Source: an uncultured SAR86 cluster bacterium
GTDB taxonomy: Bacteria > Pseudomonadota > Gammaproteobacteria > Magnimaribacterales > AG-339-G14
Reading direction: 5' to 3'
Assembly: GCA_902562135.1 (NCBI GenBank)
Contig: CACESE010000003.1
Span: 22,840 to 86,839 of the forward strand
Length of the DNA: 64,000 bases
Below the pieces are notes generated by a model. The model did no database searches. It saw only the letters and a list, made by a program, of their open reading frames with translations, and was not told the origin of the DNA. Positions within the stretch are counted from its first letter, which is position 1. Each line of letters begins with the position of its first letter. This document shows positions 8,139 to 16,855 of this stretch, in pieces. The translations under genes and the position numbers were made by a program.

Positions 8139-8987
8139 CTATTTATTAGATTCTCTTCTTGTCATAAATGCTAACCTTTCAAGAAGCTGAACATCTTGTT
8201 CATTTTTAATCAAGGCGCCGTACAAAGGCGGTATTGCTTTAGAGGGGTCTCTATTTTTTAGGATTTCGTCAGGTAAATCATCAGCCATTAAAAGTTTTAA
8301 CCAATCAACTAGTTCAGACGTAGAGGGTTTTTTCTTTATTCCGGGTACTTTTCGAACATCAAAGAAAATGTCTAGGGCTTCTTTAACTAATTTTTCTTTA
8401 ACTTTCGGATGGTGAACTTTTACAATTTTTTTCATAGTTTCTCGATCTGGAAAAGAAATGTAATGAAAAAAACATCTACGTAAAAATGCATCAGGAAGTT
8501 CTTTTTCATTATTACTAGTTATCACAACAATAGGTCTATGCTTTGCTTTTATTGTTTCTTTGGTTTCATAAACATAAAATTCCATTCTATCCAACTCTTG
8601 CAACAAGTCATTGGGGAACTCAATATCTGCTTTATCTATTTCATCAATTAATAATACGACTCTTTCATCACTTTGAAATGCCTCCCATAATTTTCCTTTT
8701 TCGATGTAATTAGATATTTCTTTTACTCGCTCATCGCCAAGCTGAGAATCTCTTAATCTTGTGACAGCATCATATTCATAAAGTCCTTGTTGAGCCTTAG
8801 TGGTAGACTTGATATTCCATTCAATCAAAGGTACTTTCAAAGAGCTTGCTATCTCTTGGGCTAGCATTGTTTTACCAGTTCCTGGTTCCCCTTTTATCAA
8901 TAATGGCTTTTCTAAATTAACAGATGCATTTACTGCCAAACTTAGATCTTCAGTAGAAATATATGTTTTCGTTCCTTTAAATTGCAT
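8139..8987 (-). CDS. MoxR-like AAA+ ATPase (AAA_5, CoxD/NorQ/CbbQ class)
   Basis: 282 aa. It has Walker A GEPGTGKT and Walker B VLLIDEIDKA. Its size and pairing with a VWA gene are typical of MoxR chaperone systems. Confidence 0.75.
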   Translation of the reverse strand: MQFKGTKTYISTEDLSLAVNASVNLEKPLLIKGEPGTGKTMLAQEIASSLKVPLIEWNIKSTTKAQQGLYEYDAVTRLRDSQLGDERVKEISNYIEKGKLWEAFQSDERVVLLIDEIDKADIEFPNDLLQELDRMEFYVYETKETIKAKHRPIVVITSNNEKELPDAFLRRCFFHYISFPDRETMKKIVKVHHPKVKEKLVKEALDIFFDVRKVPGIKKKPSTSELVDWLKLLMADDLPDEILKNRDPSKAIPPLYGALIKNEQDVQLLERLAFMTRRESNK

Positions 8988-9041
8988 TTGATGTCTCCAT
9001 GACTTGTATAAGATTATCTATAATATCAAAAAGTAAAAAAA

Positions 9042-9857
9042 TTACTTCTTTAATCTTAGCTTTGCTAATTGTTTTGATTGTCCCACTAGGTTTCCATCTG
9101 AGTCCCAAATCTCTCTATCCTCTTCCATGAATCCTGAGGTTAAAAATTCAGTTTTCGCAGAAACTTTCAAGGGTCCCGGCGAAGGAATCGCTCTTAAATG
9201 ACTTGTCAAACTTATAGTAGGAACCCAACCGACGGAACCCATATTATTGAAAATTGGTGGAGTCGTAGAATCAAGAAATAGAATTAAGCTATATAAATCT
9301 GCTGTTTCTTTGTCAGGCCATGACATATATAAATTTAAAGTAGCTTTATTTTTATTATCTACCTTTTTTTCATCCCACCAGACAGAGTCTGGACAATATC
9401 TCTTTTCAATAGATTTTTCTAAATCAGGATTAAAACCTTTTTTGAATGGATGGAATATACAATCTTCGTAAGCAACGAATTCTGGCTCTTTTCTGAAAGA
9501 TTTATTTAATCCGTTTGATTTTAAAAAATCCGTAAATGTAGCTGTAAATATCACCTTAATTTCATTATTTTGAGACATAGTCGCTCGAGCAGAACTCAAA
9601 CTTTTTGTTGAAGGCATAACTTCTACATTAATTTTTACCGTTCCAAAATCTAATCTATTTAAATAATTAGCTGTAATTACTAAAGGATCTTTATGGCCAA
9701 GACTTTCTGAAATAGCTTTTGCCGCAATAGCCATCGTATAACCTCCATTAGGTGTGCTGCCAATACTCCATCGATTGGAAAGATTACCCTCGTATACATC
9801 TTGACTAATTTGAACCACAGAAATATCTGTTTTAAAGTGTTCAAAAGGAGTTTTCAT
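9042..9857 (-). CDS. Acyl-CoA thioesterase family protein (double hot-dog, TesB-like)
   Basis: 271 aa. It has the N-terminal PNGGYTMAIAAKA motif seen in acyl-CoA thioesterase N-domains. Confidence 0.55.
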   Translation of the reverse strand: MKTPFEHFKTDISVVQISQDVYEGNLSNRWSIGSTPNGGYTMAIAAKAISESLGHKDPLVITANYLNRLDFGTVKINVEVMPSTKSLSSARATMSQNNEIKVIFTATFTDFLKSNGLNKSFRKEPEFVAYEDCIFHPFKKGFNPDLEKSIEKRYCPDSVWWDEKKVDNKNKATLNLYMSWPDKETADLYSLILFLDSTTPPIFNNMGSVGWVPTISLTSHLRAIPSPGPLKVSAKTEFLTSGFMEEDREIWDSDGNLVGQSKQLAKLRLKK

Positions 9858-9888
9858 TTGATTAGATTAAAAAATATAGATACTTTTT

Positions 9889-10677
9889 ATGCAAGGAAAT
9901 TATTTTGACATCGGAGTGAATCTTACTCACGAATCTTTTAATTCAGATTACCGCGTTGTGATAAATGATGCAATTTTAAAAAACATAAAAAAAATTTGTT
10001 TAACAGGAACATCTATCGAAGATAGTAAAAAGTGTATTGAAATCGCTAATGAATTTAAAAAAAATCTTATCTGTACAGTTGGAATTCATCCACATAATGC
10101 ATGTTATTTCGACGAATCTTCAAATAATAAAATTTTAGAACTTATAAAATCTCCTCTTGTAAAAGCTATAGGTGAAGCTGGGTTAGACTTTAATAGAAAT
10201 TTTTCTAGTAAAGAAGATCAAATAAATTGTTTTATAAACCAAATTAAAATCGCTAATGACTCGAACCTTCCTCTTTTTCTTCATCAAAGAGATGCACACG
10301 ATACATTCATGGAATGTATATTAAAAGAAAAAATAAAAGGGAAAGCTATTGTGCATTGTTTCACTGGCTCAATTAATGAGCTTTATGATTATTTAGATAA
10401 TAATTTATTTATTGGTATTACAGGATGGGTTTGCGATCCTAAAAGAGGGAAAAACTTGGAATCAATAATTCCTGAAATTCCTATCAATAAATTATTGATA
10501 GAAACTGATTCTCCATATTTGTTACCAAAATCGCTGAAAGTCAAAAATAGGAGAAATGAACCGAGCTTCCTCCCGGTTATATTTGATAAGATTGCTAATC
10601 TTAGAAAAGAACCTAGAGACGAGCTTAAGCATCAAATCTATAAAAATAGCGTAAATTTTTTTAATCTAAGCGAATAA
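9889..10677 (+). CDS. TatD family metal-dependent hydrolase (DNase)
   Basis: 262 aa. It has GVNLTHESF..., GIHPH, GEAGLDF, HCFTG and ETDSPYL, which are the classical TatD blocks. Confidence 0.85.
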   Translation: MQGNYFDIGVNLTHESFNSDYRVVINDAILKNIKKICLTGTSIEDSKKCIEIANEFKKNLICTVGIHPHNACYFDESSNNKILELIKSPLVKAIGEAGLDFNRNFSSKEDQINCFINQIKIANDSNLPLFLHQRDAHDTFMECILKEKIKGKAIVHCFTGSINELYDYLDNNLFIGITGWVCDPKRGKNLESIIPEIPINKLLIETDSPYLLPKSLKVKNRRNEPSFLPVIFDKIANLRKEPRDELKHQIYKNSVNFFNLSE

Positions 10678-11794
10678 TTTTCTTATCTGATAATGCAGAA
10701 ACATCAATCTTTGAACTCAAACTTTCAATTATTTCAGAAGTATTGCTTCCAACCTTTAAAGGGGGGTGTTTGATTTCACTCTCTGTTCTCGAGAATCTGG
10801 GAGCGGGTGCTGGTTGTTTGATTCCAGCTACCTCGACAAAAGTTTCCCTATCTAAATTATGTTGATTTTTCAAAGATTCTTCCAATGAAAGTACCGGCGC
10901 AAAACAAATATCTTTACCAGTAAAAATCTTACACCATTCATCTCTGGTTTTTTCTTTAAAACGCAGGCCTATTAACTCTTTAAGATTTGGCCATGAATTC
11001 TTATCGAATTGATTTGAAAATTTAGAAGCATCTAATTCCATATTTTCTATTAAAGACGCATAAAATTGAGGTTCAATAGAGCCAATGGAAATATATTTCC
11101 CATCTTTACATTCATAACATCCATAAAAGTGAGCTGCGCCGTCCAAAAGGTTTGATTCTCTTTCATCTTTCCATTGTCCTGCACTATACATCCCAAACAT
11201 CATTGTCATTAATAAGGCTGAACCATCTGTCATGGCTGCATCAATTACTTGACCAAGACCTGATTTAGCCGTTTCAACTAATGCTGCGCAAATTCCTAAC
11301 GCTAAAAGCATACCTCCGCCTCCAAAATCTCCCACCAAATTTAAGGGCGGAACAGGTGGGATATCTTTAGCCCCCATAGCTCCAAGAGCTCCTGTCAAAG
11401 CGATGTAATTGATATCATGACCGGCTTCAGCAGCAAAGCTTCCCGTTTGCCCCCATCCGGTCATTCGGCCATAAATTAATTTTGGATTTATCTTTAATAA
11501 ATCATTGGGACCATAGCCAAGTTTTTCCATTTTTCCCGGCCTCAATCCCTCAAGCACCGCGTCAGCATTTTCTATTAGCTCATGAATTAATTCTTTTGAA
11601 TCGGGATTTTTTAAATCTACTGCAATAGACTTTTTGCCTCTACTAGCAAGATCGTTTGTTTTCTCTCTTCCATAATTTTCAATTCTATCTACAACTATCA
11701 CGTCAGCACCCATATCGGCAAGCACCATTCCGCAAAAAGGACCTGGTCCTAATCCTGCAAACTCAATAATTTTTATTCCAGATAATGGTCCCAT
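10661..11794 (-). CDS. Family III CoA-transferase (CaiB/BaiF; alpha-methylacyl-CoA racemase-like)
   Basis: 377 aa. It has the N-terminal GIKIIEFAGLGPGPFCGMVLADMGADVIVVDR signature of the CaiB/BaiF family. Confidence 0.75.
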   Translation of the reverse strand: MGPLSGIKIIEFAGLGPGPFCGMVLADMGADVIVVDRIENYGREKTNDLASRGKKSIAVDLKNPDSKELIHELIENADAVLEGLRPGKMEKLGYGPNDLLKINPKLIYGRMTGWGQTGSFAAEAGHDINYIALTGALGAMGAKDIPPVPPLNLVGDFGGGGMLLALGICAALVETAKSGLGQVIDAAMTDGSALLMTMMFGMYSAGQWKDERESNLLDGAAHFYGCYECKDGKYISIGSIEPQFYASLIENMELDASKFSNQFDKNSWPNLKELIGLRFKEKTRDEWCKIFTGKDICFAPVLSLEESLKNQHNLDRETFVEVAGIKQPAPAPRFSRTESEIKHPPLKVGSNTSEIIESLSSKIDVSALSDKKIIRLD

Positions 11795-11798
11795 AAGA

Positions 11799-14240
11799 TT
11801 AACCTCCCAAAGGCTTAAGTTTAATTAGTAAAGCAGGCAAAAGCACTAATGAACTCATAATTGCCATTGTCATTGCCAAGGCAGTGAAAATTCCAAAATA
11901 TACTGTTGGGTTAAAATTTGACATAGTCAAAGATAAGAAACCCAAAATAATTGTTGTTGAAGTAAAGAGCAATGCCTTGCCAATAGTGATATGTGTGTTT
12001 TTTGAAGAAACTAAATAATTTTGGGTTGATTCAAATTCTTTTTTAAATCTAAAAATATAATGAATTGTATTATCCACGCCCATACCAATACTCACGGCAG
12101 CAACCGTCACAGTCATTACATCAAGTGGAATACCTATTAAGCCAATTGTTCCAATAACAGCACCGGCTGAGAGAAAGTTTGGAATCAAACCTAGTAAAGC
12201 CAAGTTAAAAGATCTAAATAATACTAAAAACATTATAAATATAGAAACAAAAACAATTCCCATACTTCCAAATAACGAACCAAATAAACTTTGAAGGAGA
12301 TTGCTATAAATGACTGATATACCAGTTAAAGAGTATTTATTTTTTTCTAAATCAAAAATTTCTTGAAGATCATTATCAACTGAATTAATAAAATCTTTCC
12401 TATTCAAGCCATCTAAAGATTCTATTACTCTTGCAGATAACCTTACTTGGTTATCATCGTCACTTATATAAGAGCTCAATAACTGTTCTTCTATATCTTT
12501 GGGTAATAAATTTCTTAATAAAGCTAATTCAACATCAGTTAAGCGCTCATTGTTATTTGCAATTTCTGCTAATTTAATTCCACTTGAAACTGATAAAACT
12601 TTTCCAATTTCGTCTCTACTTTCTAGATAATCATGAATAGATTCTAAAAAAATTAAATTTTCTGTGGTGAACCAATATCCCTGGTTTTTTAATTCATTAT
12701 TGAATTCTTCACCAAAATCGTCATCAAAGCCATCATCAAAACTATACTCATCTTCCTGTAAAATTTCAGGAGCATCAATAATGATATCTAAAGTAGCTGT
12801 GCCTCCAAGTTTTTTATCTATTAAAGACAGTCCTTTATATATTTCAGAAGAGGATTTGAAATAATCAATAAATTTATTTTCAACAGTCAATCGATTAAAT
12901 CCTACTATAGAAATTATGAAAATAAGAACTGCAAGTAATAGGATTGTGTTTAATCTTCTTTCAACCCAATTAAAGATAGTATTTGTAAAATTCTCAGATA
13001 CAGGTTTAAGATTAAAAGTGTTTTTTGCAAAAAGAGAATTTAACGCTCCAAAGTAGACAAAAGTAAAAATAAATACACAACAGATACTCACAACCATCAT
13101 TAATCCAAAATCTATAAGTGGCTTTATGTCGCTCACCGCCAATGAGGCAAAAGCAACAATAGTAGTTAAAGCAGTGTAAAGGCAAGGAATAAACATTTGC
13201 TTCATGGTTTCATTTACTAGAGATTTTTGTTCGAGTTCTAACTTTTGATTAAGCTCTTGATACCTAACAATTAAATGAACTGCTAAAGACAAGCTGATAA
13301 TCATTACTATCGAAACAAAATTTGCTGAAACAACCGTTACTTCCCAATTTAACCAGCCGATAATTCCAACAGAAATGATTGAAGAAAAGAATGCCGTACT
13401 TAATGGAATCATAACCCATCTAAATCTTTTAAATATTAAATTTAAAACAATTAAAAAAATTAAAAAAACAGCTATTCCAAAAGTAATCAAGTCTTGAGAA
13501 ATATAATCTATCGTATCGACTGTAATCATTGAGGCGCCACCTAAAAAAAGTTCTCCAAAATAATCATAATTTTTTAAAATCGACCTTATCTCTTCTACCA
13601 ACTCTCTCTCTTTTTTAGATATTTCTTGTCTCTCTTTATTTATTTTTTCATTAATCAATTCAAGTTTAGAATCAAAATTAGAGGATTCGTCATCATATAA
13701 TTGATACCTTTCATTAACTAAATTTTCATAATTTAAGTTTCTTTTAAGAGTCAGCTGAATAGCGGTAGTCTTTAGGTCCTCACTTATCAATAAATTTTTA
13801 TAAACTTGATTGCTACTGAAAACTCTTTTGGCTTTTGAAATATCCGCATTATCTGAATTTAAAGTAGTGACTTGATCAGCTACTTCAGACAAAGATAAAT
13901 TATCACTTGGCTCCAATAAAGGCACATCAAGCAAGCTCAGGACATTTTCAACTTGTTGAATATAGAGCAAATCGTTTATTAACTTTTTTAAAGTATCTAT
14001 AGAAGATTCTTCAAAAATTGATTTAAAAGGAGTTACAGTAACAACTAAAAAATCTGTTGATCCATAGGTATCTATAGAGTCTCTGTAAAGTTTTAAATCA
14101 GGATCATTTTCCAGAAGCAGTGTCTCAGAAGAAGCATCTAATTTGAAATTACTAGAACCGATCAATGCAGTAATTAATAACAAAGCTATAGCTATCAATG
14201 ATAACTTTGGTTTTTGAGTTATAAAATTAAATATACTCAT
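11799..14240 (-). CDS. RND-superfamily exporter of the MMPL/SSD (HpnN-like) type
   Basis: 813 aa. It contains two blocks of about 6 TM helices, each preceded by a large soluble loop. This is the typical MMPL/sterol-sensing-domain architecture. Confidence 0.6.
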   Translation of the reverse strand: MSIFNFITQKPKLSLIAIALLLITALIGSSNFKLDASSETLLLENDPDLKLYRDSIDTYGSTDFLVVTVTPFKSIFEESSIDTLKKLINDLLYIQQVENVLSLLDVPLLEPSDNLSLSEVADQVTTLNSDNADISKAKRVFSSNQVYKNLLISEDLKTTAIQLTLKRNLNYENLVNERYQLYDDESSNFDSKLELINEKINKERQEISKKERELVEEIRSILKNYDYFGELFLGGASMITVDTIDYISQDLITFGIAVFLIFLIVLNLIFKRFRWVMIPLSTAFFSSIISVGIIGWLNWEVTVVSANFVSIVMIISLSLAVHLIVRYQELNQKLELEQKSLVNETMKQMFIPCLYTALTTIVAFASLAVSDIKPLIDFGLMMVVSICCVFIFTFVYFGALNSLFAKNTFNLKPVSENFTNTIFNWVERRLNTILLLAVLIFIISIVGFNRLTVENKFIDYFKSSSEIYKGLSLIDKKLGGTATLDIIIDAPEILQEDEYSFDDGFDDDFGEEFNNELKNQGYWFTTENLIFLESIHDYLESRDEIGKVLSVSSGIKLAEIANNNERLTDVELALLRNLLPKDIEEQLLSSYISDDDNQVRLSARVIESLDGLNRKDFINSVDNDLQEIFDLEKNKYSLTGISVIYSNLLQSLFGSLFGSMGIVFVSIFIMFLVLFRSFNLALLGLIPNFLSAGAVIGTIGLIGIPLDVMTVTVAAVSIGMGVDNTIHYIFRFKKEFESTQNYLVSSKNTHITIGKALLFTSTTIILGFLSLTMSNFNPTVYFGIFTALAMTMAIMSSLVLLPALLIKLKPLGG

Positions 14241-15130
14241 GAAGGAATCTTATTAAATTGTTTTTGCCTTTCTGCATATCTAACCCTATCTTTATCTGAT
14301 TTTTCTACAATACACTTATGACAAGAAATCCCTTTAATGTAGTCATCATTTAACAAGTCCTCTTTCGATAGAGGCCTCCTACAAGCATAACATTGATGAT
14401 AATTACCAGGTTCTAAATGAGAATTTACAGTTGTCCTGTCATCAAATACAAAACATTCTCCATTCCAAATACTTTTATCTTTAACTTTTTCAAAGAAATT
14501 TAAAATACCTCCATTTAATTGATGAATATTTTTAAGTCCATTTTTTTCAAATAAAGCAGAAGCTTTTTCACATCTAATACCGCCGGTACAAAAAATTGCT
14601 AATTTTTTATTTGACAATTTTTTTTTATTTTTTTTTATGAATTCGTCAAATTCTCTAAAATTGTTTGTATTTGGTGATATAGAATCTTTAAATGTACCTA
14701 CCTCAATTTCGTATTGATTCCTAACATCTATAGTCAAAACATCTTCCTGAGATATAAATTCTTGCCAGTCTTTCGGTTCGACATATTTGCTGACGTGATT
14801 TATAAGTTTCAGATTTGTTCCAGATGGTACAATTTCTTGTCTTTTTTTTATCTTAAGTCTTTTGAAGGGTCGTTTATTTGAAACGGAATCTTTAGTTACT
14901 ATATCTCCTGAGTACTTTTTTATTAACTCAATTCCTTTTTCTAAGGAGATTTTTTTTTCTGAAGCAATAGTTGAATTAATACCTTCTGGAGTCAAGATTA
15001 CCGTGCCTATGATTTTTAGTTTTTTAAGCTCTTCTCTAAAAAAGCTTTCTAACATTTCAATATTCTCTAAACCAAAACACTTATAAAAAGTAGATATGTA
15101 ATATTTTTTCTTTGGGTCTTTATTCAGCAT
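14237..15130 (-). CDS. trhO: tRNA uridine(34) hydroxylase TrhO (rhodanese-domain, YceA/UPF0176)
   Basis: It has the rhodanese active-site loop FCTGGIRCEKA and a C-terminal Cys cluster. I chose the start at ATG 15130 (MLNKDPKKKYYISTFYKCF). The track start at 15193 would overlap bolA by 74 nt. Confidence 0.75.
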   Translation of the reverse strand: MLNKDPKKKYYISTFYKCFGLENIEMLESFFREELKKLKIIGTVILTPEGINSTIASEKKISLEKGIELIKKYSGDIVTKDSVSNKRPFKRLKIKKRQEIVPSGTNLKLINHVSKYVEPKDWQEFISQEDVLTIDVRNQYEIEVGTFKDSISPNTNNFREFDEFIKKNKKKLSNKKLAIFCTGGIRCEKASALFEKNGLKNIHQLNGGILNFFEKVKDKSIWNGECFVFDDRTTVNSHLEPGNYHQCYACRRPLSKEDLLNDDYIKGISCHKCIVEKSDKDRVRYAERQKQFNKIPS

Positions 15131-15431
15131 TTTCTCCGCCAAGACAATTTGGCGATGTAAGATCTTCACCTGATATATCTTTCCACTCATCATTTGTATA
15201 AGGATGAATAGCTATGGCATGAATTTTTTTCATTTCAGTCTTAAGAATTTCATATATTTTTTGATGTCTTTGTACAGGTCTTAACTGTTCAAAAACATTA
15301 GAAACAACTGTTATTTTAAAATGAGATTCTGCACCGTCAGGAACATTATGCATGTTACTTTCATTAATAACTTCCAAAAAACTAACATCTAAGCTGTCTT
15401 TTAAGTTATTTTCAATATCCTCTTTTATCAT
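15120..15431 (-). CDS. BolA family protein
   Basis: 103 aa. It has LEVINESNMH...ESHFKITVVS..F......QRHQKIY, which is the BolA fold signature. Confidence 0.8.
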   Translation of the reverse strand: MIKEDIENNLKDSLDVSFLEVINESNMHNVPDGAESHFKITVVSNVFEQLRPVQRHQKIYEILKTEMKKIHAIAIHPYTNDEWKDISGEDLTSPNCLGGENAE

Positions 15432-16852
15432 GATTCTGAATAATTTAAATTATCTAAATTATTTTCATGCGATGCTTTAGTCATCCTAACTCTAGAAAAT
15501 ACGAATAAAGCTAAAAGCCATAATGCTGTTGAAATAGATAAAACATATATAGCAACGCTTACAATTGTTTCACTTGCAACCTCACCTGGCACAGCTCCTG
15601 AAGGCCAAGAGGATATTGTTAAGATAATTCCAGCTAAAAAAGCTCCTGCACCACTCATACATTTTGCTGCGAAAGATCTTGCAGCTAATAAAGTTCCTTC
15701 CATTCTTCGACCTGTAATTTTTTCTACTTCTTCAACAGTATCAAAAACCATCGAGCCTAAAGTTGTATAAGAAATTATTTGAGCTGCTACTGCAATCCAA
15801 TGACAAACTAAAACAATTGCTAAAACATAAGGAGTGTCGTTTGAAGGCATCAAATCAAAAATTAATAAAAAGATAGCTATGTTTTCAGCAATAAATGCAA
15901 ATAGAAACATACATATAATTGTGTTTCGTTTTCCAAATCTACCCGCAAGATAAGGAGAGATTAATATGCCAACAAAAGGAGTTAAAAACAATGTAACCCC
16001 AATCGTCAGAATGTTTAAAGGTGTAAATTCCCAAAAAAAACTGTAATAAAAAAGAGTTAAATTGGTTGCTATTCCAGATGCTACAGAGGTAATAATTCCA
16101 GCTAAAAATAGCACTAGGTAATCCCTACTTACAGTAAGAGTTTCCCAAAGTTGCTTGAGAGTATTTTTTACAGATATTTTATTTGGTTCTGGAGAAAACA
16201 AATCGTTAATGTGCCGGTGAGTTCCCAGACCGGTCACCATAATTGCTATAAACATTACCACTCCACATGCCAACCCATAACTCTGCCATGTAGATGGTAA
16301 ATACCTAGCATCTGTAGTACCTGTATAGCTGCTGTAAACAACAAATATCCATAGAGAACACCATACTGCTAGTCCTCCCCACCAACCAAACCAATATCTA
16401 TATGAAAGCAGGGAACTTCTTTCTACATAATCTTTTGATAGTTCTGGACCTAATGCCATACTTGGAATTTCATAAAAAGTAATAGCCGTTCTAATAAATA
16501 TGCCTACGAATAATAGATACAAAAATAACTCAAATTGAGATAAATCTAGAGGAGGAATCCATAAAACAAAGAAAGATATACAAACCGGTAATGCGGACAA
16601 GTAAATATATGGATGTCGTCTACCCCATTGGGTCTTGGTGTTATCTGAAAAATATCCAACTAAAGGATCTGAAACTGCATCGAAAACCAGCATTAAAAGT
16701 ATTGCCAATCCAGCTAAATCAGGACTTAAACCAAAAACTTGCACGTAAACAAAAAGTAAGAAATAGGCAAATGCATTATCTTTGATTCCAAAAGCCATAG
16801 ATCCAAAACCGTAAAGTACTTTTGTGGAAACTGGTAATTTAGAATCTTTCAT
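15428..16852 (-). CDS. MFS transporter, GPH (glycoside-pentoside-hexuronide / MFS_2) family, paralogue 1
   Basis: 474 aa. It has the motif FDAVSDPLVGYFSDNTKTQWGRRHPYIY typical of MFS_2/GPH symporters. It is clearly paralogous to ORF 19872-21311. Confidence 0.75.
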   Translation of the reverse strand: MKDSKLPVSTKVLYGFGSMAFGIKDNAFAYFLLFVYVQVFGLSPDLAGLAILLMLVFDAVSDPLVGYFSDNTKTQWGRRHPYIYLSALPVCISFFVLWIPPLDLSQFELFLYLLFVGIFIRTAITFYEIPSMALGPELSKDYVERSSLLSYRYWFGWWGGLAVWCSLWIFVVYSSYTGTTDARYLPSTWQSYGLACGVVMFIAIMVTGLGTHRHINDLFSPEPNKISVKNTLKQLWETLTVSRDYLVLFLAGIITSVASGIATNLTLFYYSFFWEFTPLNILTIGVTLFLTPFVGILISPYLAGRFGKRNTIICMFLFAFIAENIAIFLLIFDLMPSNDTPYVLAIVLVCHWIAVAAQIISYTTLGSMVFDTVEEVEKITGRRMEGTLLAARSFAAKCMSGAGAFLAGIILTISSWPSGAVPGEVASETIVSVAIYVLSISTALWLLALFVFSRVRMTKASHENNLDNLNYSES

Positions 16853-16855
16853 CTC

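Noticed and set aside
15131-15193. Long N-terminal versions of trhO (start 15193) and tmk (start 25112), and the phytase track start (63958).
   Set aside because: The extensions overlap the upstream gene by 70-100 nt and add non-conserved residues ahead of the family-typical N-termini. Internal ATGs give canonical starts and short ATGA-type overlaps.
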